A stretch of DNA of 64,000 bases from Haliotis rubra (Eukaryota): NCBI RefSeq assembly GCF_003918875.1, contig NW_025765170.1, positions 930,001 through 994,000 of the forward strand, given 5' to 3'. The notes beneath the pieces are model-generated. The model was not told where the DNA came from and ran no database searches. It saw only the letters and a program-made list of their open reading frames with translations. Below are positions 38,656 to 50,520 of this stretch, piece by piece. Position numbers and translations under genes: made by a program. Within the stretch, counting starts at the first letter, position 1, and each line of letters starts with the position of its first letter.

Positions 38656-39120
38656 CTCCTCAATGTACACAAGATCTTTCATCGCTCAAACAGATGTGCG
38701 TGTGTGTGCGTGCGTGCGTACATGCGTGTGATCACCATGGGTTTCGGGGAAAGGTATTTGGTGCTAAAAGGCACGCCGTTTCATTTTCTTAAGGTATCCC
38801 TGTGAGTGAGTCTATGACCAGCATAACGCCGGGTTTTCCCTGCAGTCTACGATGACAAACTTAAGTAATCATACACCGGCAGTGTGTATCTTTGCTAATA
38901 AATAAAATCTGGTCAATAATTCCTTTACAGGCTGTCATCATTTAAACAAACAAACAGTACAAATCAGAGTAACCGAATTCATGAAAACACATCTCGGCAG
39001 CACAGTATCATCATACTTGAAACAAAAATCAACCAAAATGCACGGGTCCTGTTGTAAAGATGTCGATGACGTAAAATGATGTTAAAAGTCTTGTTCAATG
39101 TTATTACCATTATATTCGTT

Positions 39121-39960
39121 TCCCCACATGGGTACAATGTGTGAAGCCCATTTCTGGTGTCCCCCGTTGTGATATTTCTGGAATGTTGCTGAAAGCGGCG
39201 TAAAAGCATACTCACTCACTATTACCATCATATACAGACGCTCGGGCCAGAGCCGAGTCTAGACTTATACCAGTTTCATAGCGCTAGCGCACTGAGATAC
39301 AGTGGCTCGGTTAAACCTGTAAAACCCACTCAGGGACAGTGTACTGGTTTCAAACCGGAACAGAACTTTTTACTAAAGTGGTTTCAGATTGATTGATTCC
39401 TTCAAGAAAAAGTAAAAAGTTAGATGTCTTTGTCTTGAAAACGTCACCCCTTTAGGATGGTTATATTATCATTGATAACTTAAGACATATGTAAATCTTC
39501 ATGTCTTTACTTCTAAATTCCTTCAAGAAAAAGTAAAAAGTTAGATGTCTTTGTCTTGAAAGCGTCACCCCTTTAGGATGGTTATATTATCATTGATAAC
39601 TTAAGACATATGTAAAAGTTAGATGTCTTTGTCTTGAAAGCATCACCCCCTTTAGGATGGTTATATTATCATTGATAACTTAAGACATATGTAAATCTTA
39701 AAGTCTTTACTTCTAAATTCCTTCAAGAAAAAGTAAAAAGTTAGATGTCTTTGTCTTGAAAGCGTCACCCCTTTAGGATGGTTATATTATCATTGATAAC
39801 TTAAGACATATGTAAAAGTTAGATGTCTTTGTCTTGAAAGCATCACCCCCTTTAGGGTGGTTATATTATCATTGATAAATTAAGACATATGTAAATCTTC
39901 ATGTCTTTACTTCTAAAAGGTTTTCGTATTTGATTCTATTTAGAAGCATAAAGCTAGTGT
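39121..39960. repeat. Segmental duplicate of 25836-26250 with internal tandem amplification
   Basis: The ~80-bp block aagttagatgtctttgtcttgaaagcgtcacccctttaggatggttatattatcattgataacttaagacatatgtaaa occurs five times (39417-39896) versus once at ~26110. Confidence 0.9.
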
Positions 39961-41607
39961 GTTGTGTCTGAGACACAAGACATAATGTGAAGTTCTCCAA
40001 TTACCTAATTAGTGACAATTATCAGATCCTCCATACAAAACAACTGTATCTCTTCCCACGTATTGTCCGACATTGAAACTACTATTACGACATAGTGGAA
40101 TGATTAACTTGTGTACCTAATTGGTTCATGTGAAAGTGGCCCCGACAGATCACCGTACCCCGCTATTTAAACAGCTATAACGATGGAACACAATAATCTG
40201 ATTGCTAAATTGCTTATTTTTTCTAATACACCACTCTCTGACTGGGAGTAATCTAATTAGTTCCAAGGCATGCGAATCGCTCAACAAGAACGATTTCCAT
40301 CTATCATTTCTCAATTTTACCGGATCGAATATTTAGATTGCTCATCCTGGACATGCGATTTTCAACATCGTTAGTTTATTTAGTGGCCATTTAGATCCCC
40401 AAGTATGTCAATACTAAGCAGAAACGACATCTAGGATTTAGGATTAATGAAAGTAGGAGAAAGTAAGAAAACTTTGACGTCGAGGCTAGCACGAGCCTCC
40501 GGTCAAGATGGTGAAGGGGTCGAGAGTAGCGCTATCGAACATGGAAACCCTCTCTCCCAAAATGCTCTCACATTTAATTGGTATCTTCTTTTGTGTAGGC
40601 CGTTACATAGATCAACATGAATTTGAGTATTTATTGGATGTACCGTTTTTTACGTTGACGTGGTAATAGTTTTTTGAATATCCAGGGAATATATTCAGCA
40701 CTTCTAATAGAAATTAAAAGTTTTTTAGCCTCTGTGCAAGTGTTGCTGATCCCAGGGCGAATATACCAATCGCGAGAAGATCAACGGTATAGGCATTTTA
40801 TCATTTATTACACCAGAATCTAAATGGAACGAAATTAAACATAGTTCAGTCTGATTCTGGATACGCTTGGGCAGTTTGAAAATTAATCACGAGATTGTTC
40901 CTCGGCGCGGATGTAATGTACAAAATGGAGGATGTGCAACTTTAAATTATCAAACAAACAAATGGCAGGGTCAAAGAAAACATATTTTCCCGCTGTTCTG
41001 ACTTTTATTTCATGCACACAGACATATCCATCACGACGCTCATGAATAAAAAATCCTTTACGTGATTTTACATCATTATTCCATAGTGGAAACAAATGTA
41101 TCTGGTCAGGGGAAATTGATCACCCACAGCAACATTCCCATCTGTCAGTGACATGGCAAAAACAATGGAATCAGTGGAAACAGAGATGATACAGAGGTGA
41201 TAAAGGTGATAAAGAGACTTGATCCTGTATCGACCCATTGTGAAGAGAGAAATTCAATAAAGAAATTGAAATATACGGTCAATTCTGGGTTCAGGAGCAT
41301 ACTTTCAATGCCTTTTAGAAGTTTTTATGTGAGCATGGCGGTTTTAGCAGATAGTAAAACTACATGGGGGATATTTTGGGAATTCAGGGACATTTTGGAA
41401 TATTTACTGTGCAGGATATGCTCAGCTACTCACGAACAACGGATATCATCACTATTTGGTAATGCTTTATAAACACAAGTTTAGTTATGTACAATGAACT
41501 CTGTGTTCAGCAGAGCTTTCTTGTCGAGACTGCAATGGTCTCGTCACTACTATTTATATCTAACTGGTACTTTACCTGAACTTGTAAGTTGGTTATTCTC
41601 AAGTTAT

Positions 41608-41735
41608 TATGGTTTTACGCCACTTTTAGCAATATTCCAGCAATATCATGGCAGGGACACAGGAATGAGATTCACACTGTACCCATGTGGGGAATCGAAC
41701 CCGGGCCTTCGGCGTGACGAGCAAACGCTTTAACC
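41608..41735 (-). mobile_element. SINE family A
   Basis: ggttttacgccacttttagcaatattccagc..gggaatcgaacccgggccttcggcgtgacgagc. Confidence 0.85.
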
Positions 41736-42027
41736 AAATCTGAAAAGAAGTGTATTCGAGTCTTGGATGAAGTCGATGCTGTAACATCACTGTAAGCGTT
41801 CGGGGATGGAAATTGCCAGGTGAAAGAAATCATATACTTGAATAATATTGTATGTTGCGAAAAATACAAACATTATTAAAACTTTAGCTGGCTGAAAACA
41901 GAAGTAATGGACAGCCACGATGCCCGTATTACATAAACATAACCATTCAACAGCCGTCAAACACGACGATCAAACACGGGGGTTGCATTAAAGTTACGAT
42001 CGACAAAAAAGTATACGTACGTAACAT

Positions 42028-42533
42028 TGGAGTATTTCTTACCTCACACATAAATGTCGCTTTCTGATTGGCTGAGCGCTCTTCTATTATTTTCAATGTA
42101 CCCGCTTACAAGCGAGCAAAATTTCAATGTACCCCGCTGTCAATGGCAACTCATTTGGTACTTCGTGGTAGTAATTGTTTATCTCGAATAACATTGAATC
42201 AAGTATGATGTACGGAAATTGCCGATATTTTGCGAATGCAAATCTATGGAAGGTAGATAACTCTAAATCTTTTTTCTTGTCAGCAAAATCTAGCGACGGC
42301 TACAAAAAGATTTCTACCCGTGGTTCAAACAATTCAAAATTAACATTAAGGTGTTCGGTAAGATAAATACGTTGTTCACTGGTCCCTCGGGGCCCATGGG
42401 TTGATGTACCCTGCTGTCAATGGCATCTCATTTGGTACTTCGTGGTAGTAATTGTTTATCTCGAATAACATTGAATCACGTATGATGTACGGAAGTTACC
42501 CATGCCCCCCTCGTGACCAGTGAACAACTTATA
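42028..42533 (+). mobile_element. Non-autonomous dispersed element with an internal ~88-bp direct repeat (Crypton-like, tentative)
   Basis: Direct repeat at ~42129-42217 and ~42407-42495; diverged inverted copy at 44490-44688. Confidence 0.55.
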
Positions 42534-42816
42534 TTGTCCTTGCATATTTACAAGAACTGATTATGCCAGAAAGGACGCAGACACGTACACTCCCACCCAA
42601 TCAAACCACGCACGAAGGCACACACAAACACACACGGTCACGCAATAGCACGCGTATGCTATATCCTTGCTATGTAACAGCGAGTCTTGCTGATACTTAT
42701 ATATAAATCTTCAATAGATAAAACGTTCCGGTGTTTGTACAGATGGCCACTGTGTTTGTGATGGGTCAGGAAACCAGTTTCGTGAATGCCTGGTATCAGC
42801 ATAAATGGACATGATT

Positions 42817-43010
42817 NNNNNNNNNNNNNNNNNNNNNNNNNNNNNNNNNNNNNNNNNNNNNNNNNNNNNNNNNNNNNNNNNNNNNNNNNNNNNNNNNNNN
42901 NNNNNNNNNNNNNNNNNNNNNNNNNNNNNNNNNNNNNNNNNNNNNNNNNNNNNNNNNNNNNNNNNNNNNNNNNNNNNNNNNNNNNNNNNNNNNNNNNNNN
43001 NNNNNNNNNN
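42817..43010. other. Assembly gap (194 N)
   Basis: Run of N. Confidence 1.
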
Positions 43011-43284
43011 TAATCATGGTCAGAATGGTCAGGCTCATCATCAGCTCAGGGCCTTTGCCCCTTCCACACGCGGCCCAGACAGCGAAAAGGACTTCTCCCA
43101 GGAACCACTGCCTAGGCGAATCTACAGAAACATTCAGAGACACTCCAGTCTTCATCATTACCCTGAGTACCAGGAGGGCTCTGTTCCTGCCAGTAAACCC
43201 GTGTATATGTACGCTCACAATGTCGGAAAAGAGATCGAGAGGTGAAAAACCAAAGGCAAAGCGGAGTCGGACAGCATGGTACTT

Positions 43285-43830
43285 ACCGCATATTTATTAT
43301 GAGTTTCCTGACAACTGTCACTCACATGTTTGGCAAAAGGGCACGTAGAATTCAATGACATAAATGATTTCACAAGTTTTTAGGTTGGATACGTCTGCGG
43401 CTATGGACAGGCCTGTTCCCAAAATTATATAATCATCACTGTACATTACGCCCTGTACATATTCAGGGTCGTACCATGAATGGACTTCTGGGTCCAAACC
43501 ACAAACATTGAGCAGACCTTAACGGAAGGATCGAGCCACGCCATCATGTAAGGTATGATAATGTTTGCCAGTGCCGGGCATCCACTGACAAGATGTTGTA
43601 TGTCTCATTCAATTATTCGCATTCGCCTCTGGATTTCGTTTGTAACATTTGATGCCAAATCACACACTAACTTTTTCGGGAAGGATTGGCCCTGAGCAGC
43701 AAACATCGCTTACTGTTCCACTGTGGAGGCCAGCCGACTTCATCGAATGGCAGGACTGTGGGTGACTGTTTACATTTTAAACACTGCACATAAACTCGAT
43801 GGAGTGATCGTTCTAAGAACGTCCCTTGAA
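43285..43830 (-). pseudogene. R4/Dong-like RLE non-LTR retrotransposon C-terminal relic
   Basis: Frameshifted minus-strand peptides LERSLHRVY, MKSAGLHSGT..MFAAQGQ, ET.QHLVSGCPALA..HDGVAR, WYDPEYV, IYVIEFYVP..ETHNKY match K.LHGQY / WL..GL..ETEG..AAQDQ / CCHC-RHD / RLE motifs. Confidence 0.75.
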
Positions 43831-44187
43831 AAATACTGAGTTTGTGCCAATTCCATATGGCACTTTGCTTGGTTAGCATTTATTCCTGTATCGACGAGTA
43901 GCACAGAACCTACAACAAAAAAAGAGCTACAATTCTTCCTGTCTAATGTCATTCCTCAACGTCCTTGCAACAAAACAATAAATGTCCCCCGAGTCCAGAC
44001 GAATACATTGTCTCCTGTGAATGGATGCTTGAAATAGTGGTCTAATTTGTGCCTACGTCACGACAGTTTCACGTCGTTTACAGTTACGTGCAAATAAACG
44101 TGAACGTTCAATTTTTGCAACACATAGAGTGGGCTCCTTGCTGACAAGTCCATGGTTGAAACCACCACATGACATTGATATACGCTA

Positions 44188-44332
44188 GAGTGAGGGAGTG
44201 AGTATGTTTTTATGCCGCTTTTAGCAATATACCAGCAATATCACGGCGGGGGACACCAGAAATGGGCTTCACACATTGTACCCATGTGGGGAATCGAATC
44301 CGGGTATTCGGCGTGACGAGCGAACGCTTTAA
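44188..44332 (-). mobile_element. SINE family A
   Basis: Near-consensus, slightly 5'-truncated. Confidence 0.9.
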
Positions 44333-44399
44333 GCAGGAGTGTAGGAACGGTTTTCAGAGAAGGGGGGGCGGTCTAGTTTATGAAAAGTATTGAAAATCT

Positions 44400-44688
44400 C
44401 GAGGGGAACATGGGCTGATGTACCCTCGATGTTTGTTTATGTTCCCTGAGCCCGAAGAAACATCGAGGATACATCAACCCATGGGCGGAGAGGGACCGGT
44501 TATCAACGTATTTATCTTACCGAACACCTCAATGGTAAGTTTGAACTGTTTGAAGTAGGGGTATCGGATCATAGTATGGAGTACCAAGCGACAAGAAAAA
44601 CAAATTTAGAGTTATCTCCTGTCCATCGATGAGCATTTGCAAAACATCGGTAATTTCCGTACATCATACGTGATTCAATGTTATTCGC
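44400..44688 (-). repeat. Diverged inverted copy of the 42028-42533 element
   Basis: caacgtatttatcttaccgaacacct..ttagagttatct..ttccgtacatcatacgtgattcaatgttattcg is the reverse complement of 42185-42375. Confidence 0.75.
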
Positions 44689-47150
44689 TATGCACCACAC
44701 TACTCTACACTACACTGCGGTACACTGCTGTGCTCTGCTATGCACAACACTACCCTACACTACACTGCGGTACACTGCTATGCTCTGCTATGCACCACAC
44801 TACCCTACACTACACTGAGGTACACTGCTATGCTCTACTATGCACCACACTACCCTACACTACACTGCGCTACACTGCTGTACACTGCTATGCAGCACAC
44901 TATCCTACACTACACTGCGGTACACTGCTGTGCTCTGCTATGCACAACACTACCCTACACTACACTGCGGTACACTGCTATGCTCTGCTATGCACCACAC
45001 TACCCTACACTACACTGAGGTACACCTGCTGCTATGCTCTACTATGCACCACACTACCCTAAACTACACTGCGCTACACTGCTGTACACTGCTATGCAGC
45101 ACACTATCCTACACTACACTGCGGTACACTGCTGTGCTCTGCTATGCACCACACTACCCTAAACTACACTGCGCTACACTGCTGTGCTCTGCTATGCACC
45201 ACACTACAATACACTACACTGCGGTACACTGCTGTACACTGCTATGCACAACACTACCCTACACTACACTGCGGTACACTGCTATGCTCTGCTATGCACC
45301 ACACTACCCTACACTACACTGAGGTACACTGCTATGCTCTACTATGCACCACACTACCCTAAACTACACTGCGCTACACTGCTGTACACTGCTATGCAGC
45401 ACACTATCCTACACTACACTGCGGTACACTGCTGTGCTCTGCTATGCACCACACTACCCTAAACTACACTGCGCTACACTGCTGTGCTCTGCTATGCACC
45501 ACACTACAATACACTACACTGCGGTACACTGCTGTACACTGCTATGCACAACACTACCCTACACTACACTGCGGTACACTGCTATGCTCTGCTATGCACC
45601 ACACTACACTACACTACACTGCGGTACACTGCTGTGCTCTGCTATGCACCACACTACAATACACTACACTGCGCTACACTGCTATGCTCTGCTATGCACC
45701 ACACTACTCTACACTACACTGCGGTACACTGCTATGCTCTGCTATGCACCACACTACTCTACACTACACTGCTGTGCTATGCACCACACTACTCTACACT
45801 ACACTGCGCTACACTGCTGTGCTATGCACCACACTACTCTACACTACACTGCGGTACACTGCTGTGCTCTGCTATGCACCACACTACTCTACACTACACT
45901 GAGGTACACTGCTATGCTCTACTATGCACCACACTACCCTACACTACACTGCGCTACACTGCTCTACTATGCACCACACTACCCTACACTACACTCCGGT
46001 ACAGTGCTATGCTCTGCTATGCACCACACTACCCTACACTACACTGCGGTACACTGCTCTACTATGCACCACACTACCCTACACTACACTGCGGTACACT
46101 GCTCTACTATGCACCACACTACCCTACACTACACTGCGGTACACTGCTCTACCATGCACCACACTACCCCTACACTACACTGCGGTACACTGCTCTGCTA
46201 TGCACCACACTACCCTACACTACACTGCGGTACACTGCTCTACTATGCACCACACTACCCTACACTACACTGCGGTACACTGCTCTACTATGCACCACAC
46301 TACCCTACACTACACTGCGGTACACTGCTGTGCTCTGCAATGCACCACACTACCCTACACTACACTGCGGTACACTGCTCTACTATGCACCACACTACCC
46401 TACACTACACTGCGGTACACTGCTGTGCTCTGCAATGCACCACACTACCCTACACTACACTGCGGTACACTGCTGTGCTCTGCAATGCACCACACTACCC
46501 TACACTACACTGCGGTACACTGCTGTGCTCTGCAATGCACCACACTACCCTACACTACACACTGTGGTACACTGCTGTGCTCTGCTATGCACCACACTAC
46601 CCTACACTACACTACGGTACACTGCTATGCTCTGCTATGCACCACACTACTCTGCACTACACTGCGGTACACTGCTGTGCTCTGCAATGCACCACACTAC
46701 CCTACACTACACTGCGGTACACTGCTATGCTCTGCTATGCACCACACTACTCTGCACTACACTGCGGTACACTGCTGTGCTCTGCTATGCACCACACTAC
46801 CCTACACTACACTGCGGTACACTGCTGTGCTCTGCAATGCACCACACTACCCTACACTACACTGCGGTACACTGCTGTGCTCTGCAATGCACCACACTAC
46901 CCTACACTACACTGCGGTACACTGCTGTGCTTTGCTATGCACCACACTACCCTACACTACACTACGGTACACTGCTATGCTCTGCTATGCACCACACTAC
47001 TCTGCACTACACTGTGGTACACTGCCCTACTCTTCACAACACTATGTTATACTACATACGGTACACCGCACTACTCTGCTCTGCACTACTCTACACTATA
47101 TTACACTGCGGCACACTGCTATGCTGAACTCTACGCTACACAACACAGCA
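44688..47150. repeat. Pentamer-based satellite (50/40-bp monomers, 300-bp higher-order repeat)
   Basis: Monomer tgcaccacactaccctacactacactgcggtacactgctatgctctgcta; the blocks starting at 45061 and 45361 are identical for about 240 bp. Confidence 0.97.
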
Positions 47151-47984
47151 TTATCCCTTTGGCGCTGCTCTAATCTGCGCAGTGCAACGCAATGCAACGC
47201 TACACTACACTTCACGAAGGTGTTTTGTTCAATGTTCAGATACGCTTCAAATTCTCTGGATCAGTTATAACGGCAACCAATTAAATCCACATGGGAAATC
47301 AAATCTTATCCAAACATTATCAAATTCTTCACAACTTGATTTCTTTGGGAACAGTTAAACAGAGTGAATATAATTAGCAAAAACATGAATTAATAAATGT
47401 TGCTTTAAAAATAGCCCCATCACGGTATCTGCCGCTTTGAAAAGTATAATGACCTTATAATGAAAGAGACAATTTGCAATATTTCACGCATGGTCAGTAA
47501 GAAACATCCAAGCTGTTATGAATATTTCATCATGAAGCTGGGCGTAACACTCACGCAAGGAGTGGAAAAACAAGTTAATTTCGATGCAAGAGAAATATTT
47601 TTCGGATTAAATTTAGCGACTTCGTTTCTTTGGTGTTGAAGATAAAAGAGTAAAGAGGGTTATATTAAACACATTGAACTGAGACACTGGCGCTGAATTT
47701 GTCAGCTGCTCATTTATTTACAAATGTTATTTTTCATTTTTGCATCAGGAATCGTATAATCAGATATTGCCATATTGATGCTTTGACCATGTGACAAGGA
47801 AGCGAGGCCAGATTTTTAAAATATTTCTTCATTCCAGGCTTATGCAATTTAGTTTACAACTTGAGACATAATTTTCGGTCATCTGTTAAGAATGTTTGCA
47901 GGAAGCATCAATCATAAATTAACTACCCTCATCAAAGACCGGCATCCAAGATGACTCTGAGATGAAGAAAGTGTTCCCTATTCA

Positions 47985-48430
47985 GACAGCTGATTGGCTG
48001 TAATTAAGCCCATACATCCCGCCTATAATAATGATTGGCATTTGGAGATGCTGTTCCGGGGGCGGTCTATATTTGTAAGATCTTCTCACAGTGCCATATT
48101 CGACTTGCATAACCTCCACAGATGTTTAATGTTTTGTTGGTAGGGCATATTTTATTGGACAACAGAGCCCGAGAACATTACTGTTTGTTTTCAGATCTTT
48201 TACTGATTAGCTTCGTTAAAACCGAGCCCTGCTTTGACCTGTTCAATGGCTATGAGCACGCAACATGTCTGAGGAAGCTGTGTGTATTTTGGGCCCTGGA
48301 TTCCATCGCAGCGATCCGTCTCTAATCAACCACTCGCAAATCATTAAGAAAAAAATATATGGTGGTCCTTCAGAGGTCATGCCCTAGACAATAAACATGG
48401 CGGCAGCTGACGTCATTGGCGTTGACGTTA
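47985..48430 (+). promoter_or_regulatory. Putative Pol II promoter motif cluster
   Basis: Inverted CCAAT boxes (gattgg at 47992 and 48033), GC boxes (cccgcc 48018, ggggcgg ~48059), TATA-like tatattt 48068, YY1-like aaacatggcggc 48393, CRE tgacgtca 48408; locally CpG-richer, non-repetitive. Confidence 0.45.
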
Positions 48431-49384
48431 ATACCGCGAGATGTTCGCGGAGAGGTGTTAGCCCTAAGGTTCACGTGTCTTCATCAATAATAACGGCACT
48501 CGCCATATACATACTATCTGGTGTGGGGCACGATGCATAAATATATCAGGCTATTTTCAGCCTCTGTGTACCTATAGTTGACGTAGGATTTATACGTTTT
48601 TCATTCACGTTTGAAATATTGCACATGTGTAATCAAAGATGTCATTAATCATGGTGACCAGTTGGGATGGTGGGATGATAATGCTCCATCTTATTTGTGT
48701 AATGATGAAGTTAGGTTTGGGTTTGAGATATTGATGCGGTGGATTATTTTCGAGCTGGTGTTGTCGACACAGTGGATTAAATAGGTGAGTGATTATTTCC
48801 GTAACCGACTAAGTTGCAGCCATGTGAAGAGAGACCACAATGTGTCTAAGTTTTAGGATCCATACACACAGGATTGATACACACATTAGTGGTCGTGGTA
48901 AATCCTTATTTACAGAAAATATCATGCAAATAGACAGGACATTTAATTTATATTGTCAGAATTAGAAGACTGCACTAAAATAAGTGTTCACAACATTTTC
49001 ACCAAATATAATATTTTTAATTAGAGGACGATTATTATTTGGACCCGTTCGTCAAAACATACACTTGTCAAAACCATGACATGTTCTTAAAGGTATTTGT
49101 GATAGGGTCACTTAATGAACAACTCAAAGCTATTTCTTTTCAGTCAATATCACGCATATAGAGGTACTGAGAAAGAAGAGACCGTCATGAATGTTTTCGT
49201 ATTTTTCAATTGTCTTTACACACATGAAAGAAAACAAGCATGCGTTAAAACATAATCAGACCCCAATGCTAAACAAATGCTTAGTACATTTGGTTTTGCC
49301 ATAATTTTCAAATCATGTGGAAAGAAAATGTATAAATCCCATTCTCGTCAAAACTTTTTATCACCTTCATGTGGTAATTTCTTT

Positions 49385-49885
49385 CTGTTTTTAGACTTAT
49401 CTGTAGCGCTCGATATCGTCCGTGTACAACATGGAGCTTCATATATAACTTAGCATGATTGTTTAAATTCCATTCACGTGAAAACATATATTTTATAGTT
49501 TATTTCGTTTTTTCTAAGTGCTTGAATCATTTAGATTTACTTGTAGTAGTCGATATGGTCCTTATTGTATCTGGTGCTTCATGTAATATAGCATAATTGA
49601 ATAAATTCCAATCACATGAAAACCTTCAATAACCTTTGTTTAAAAGTTTAATTCAGTTTTTCTCATTTCTTGAATTATTTAGATTAACATGTAGTGGTCG
49701 ATATGGTCCTTATACTGTCTGGCTTTTCATGTAATATACTTATATATGTACCATTCACCTTAAAACATTTATAAGGTTTATGTAGTAGTTTCTTTTGAAG
49801 TCGTCTTATGTGCTGAATTATTTAGATTTACTGTGGTCGAAAGTGCCCTTATCGCATCTAGTGCTGTATATAATGTAGCGTTATT
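49385..49885. repeat. Old ~143-bp tandem repeat, 4 degenerate units
   Basis: tttagatt..tgtag..gtcgatatggtcctta..tctgg..ttcatgtaatata at ~49390, 49530, 49678 and 49821. Confidence 0.75.
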
Positions 49886-50414
49886 ATCTAGAGATCACGT
49901 TTGTGACAATGTTGGAAAAGTCCTATCTCCAATGTAGATGTCTAAAATACATTCGAATGCACACACTTACTTCCGCTTACATAAAGAACGTCAACATCAG
50001 AAGATAACCGTTGAATCAGATTTTGGGCGTACATGGACTTTAATGCCCACGCAAAAACATATTTTGGCCTAGGAATTGCCTATTTAGAAGAGCAGTAGAC
50101 GGAGCTGAATCCTCTTCAGTCTATACGAACAAAAGTCAGATTTACTGTTAAAAGTTCAAACGTTTTACTGTTAAAGATGTATTTAGGTTGTTATATAACG
50201 CTTTGTCTTGTTGCTGCTAAACATCTCAAGGCATTTTAGAAGCTTCAGTGAGATCCAATTGTAGATATTCTTGGAGGAAGTCTGGAATCTTGTATAATAT
50301 TTATTCAGTCAGGATTTGATTTCTGGCACCTTTGTGAAAATATCAATTGTTCCACTTTTTGTTGCTGCTGAAACGACACTGTTTTCGGGTATTCAAAACA
50401 AAATAAACTGATCA

Positions 50415-50424
50415 CCAAACACCA

Positions 50425-50460
<36 letters not shown>

Positions 50461-50520
50461 AACAAAAACAAACCCGCAAAACCCAAAACAGAAGCAACCA
50501 AAAACCAAAGCAAACAACCA
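50415..50520. repeat. (CAA)n microsatellite with degenerate flank
   Basis: About 11 perfect caa units. Confidence 0.9.

Noticed and set aside
43011-43348. ORFs at the gap edge, including a WSEWS thrombospondin-like word
   Set aside because: Lacks the TSP1 cysteines, is interrupted by stops, and ORF lengths are inflated by N runs
44637-47270. Long ORFs up to 609 aa
   Set aside because: Open in all three frames because the satellite lacks stop codons on this strand; the peptides are cyclic permutations of the repeat
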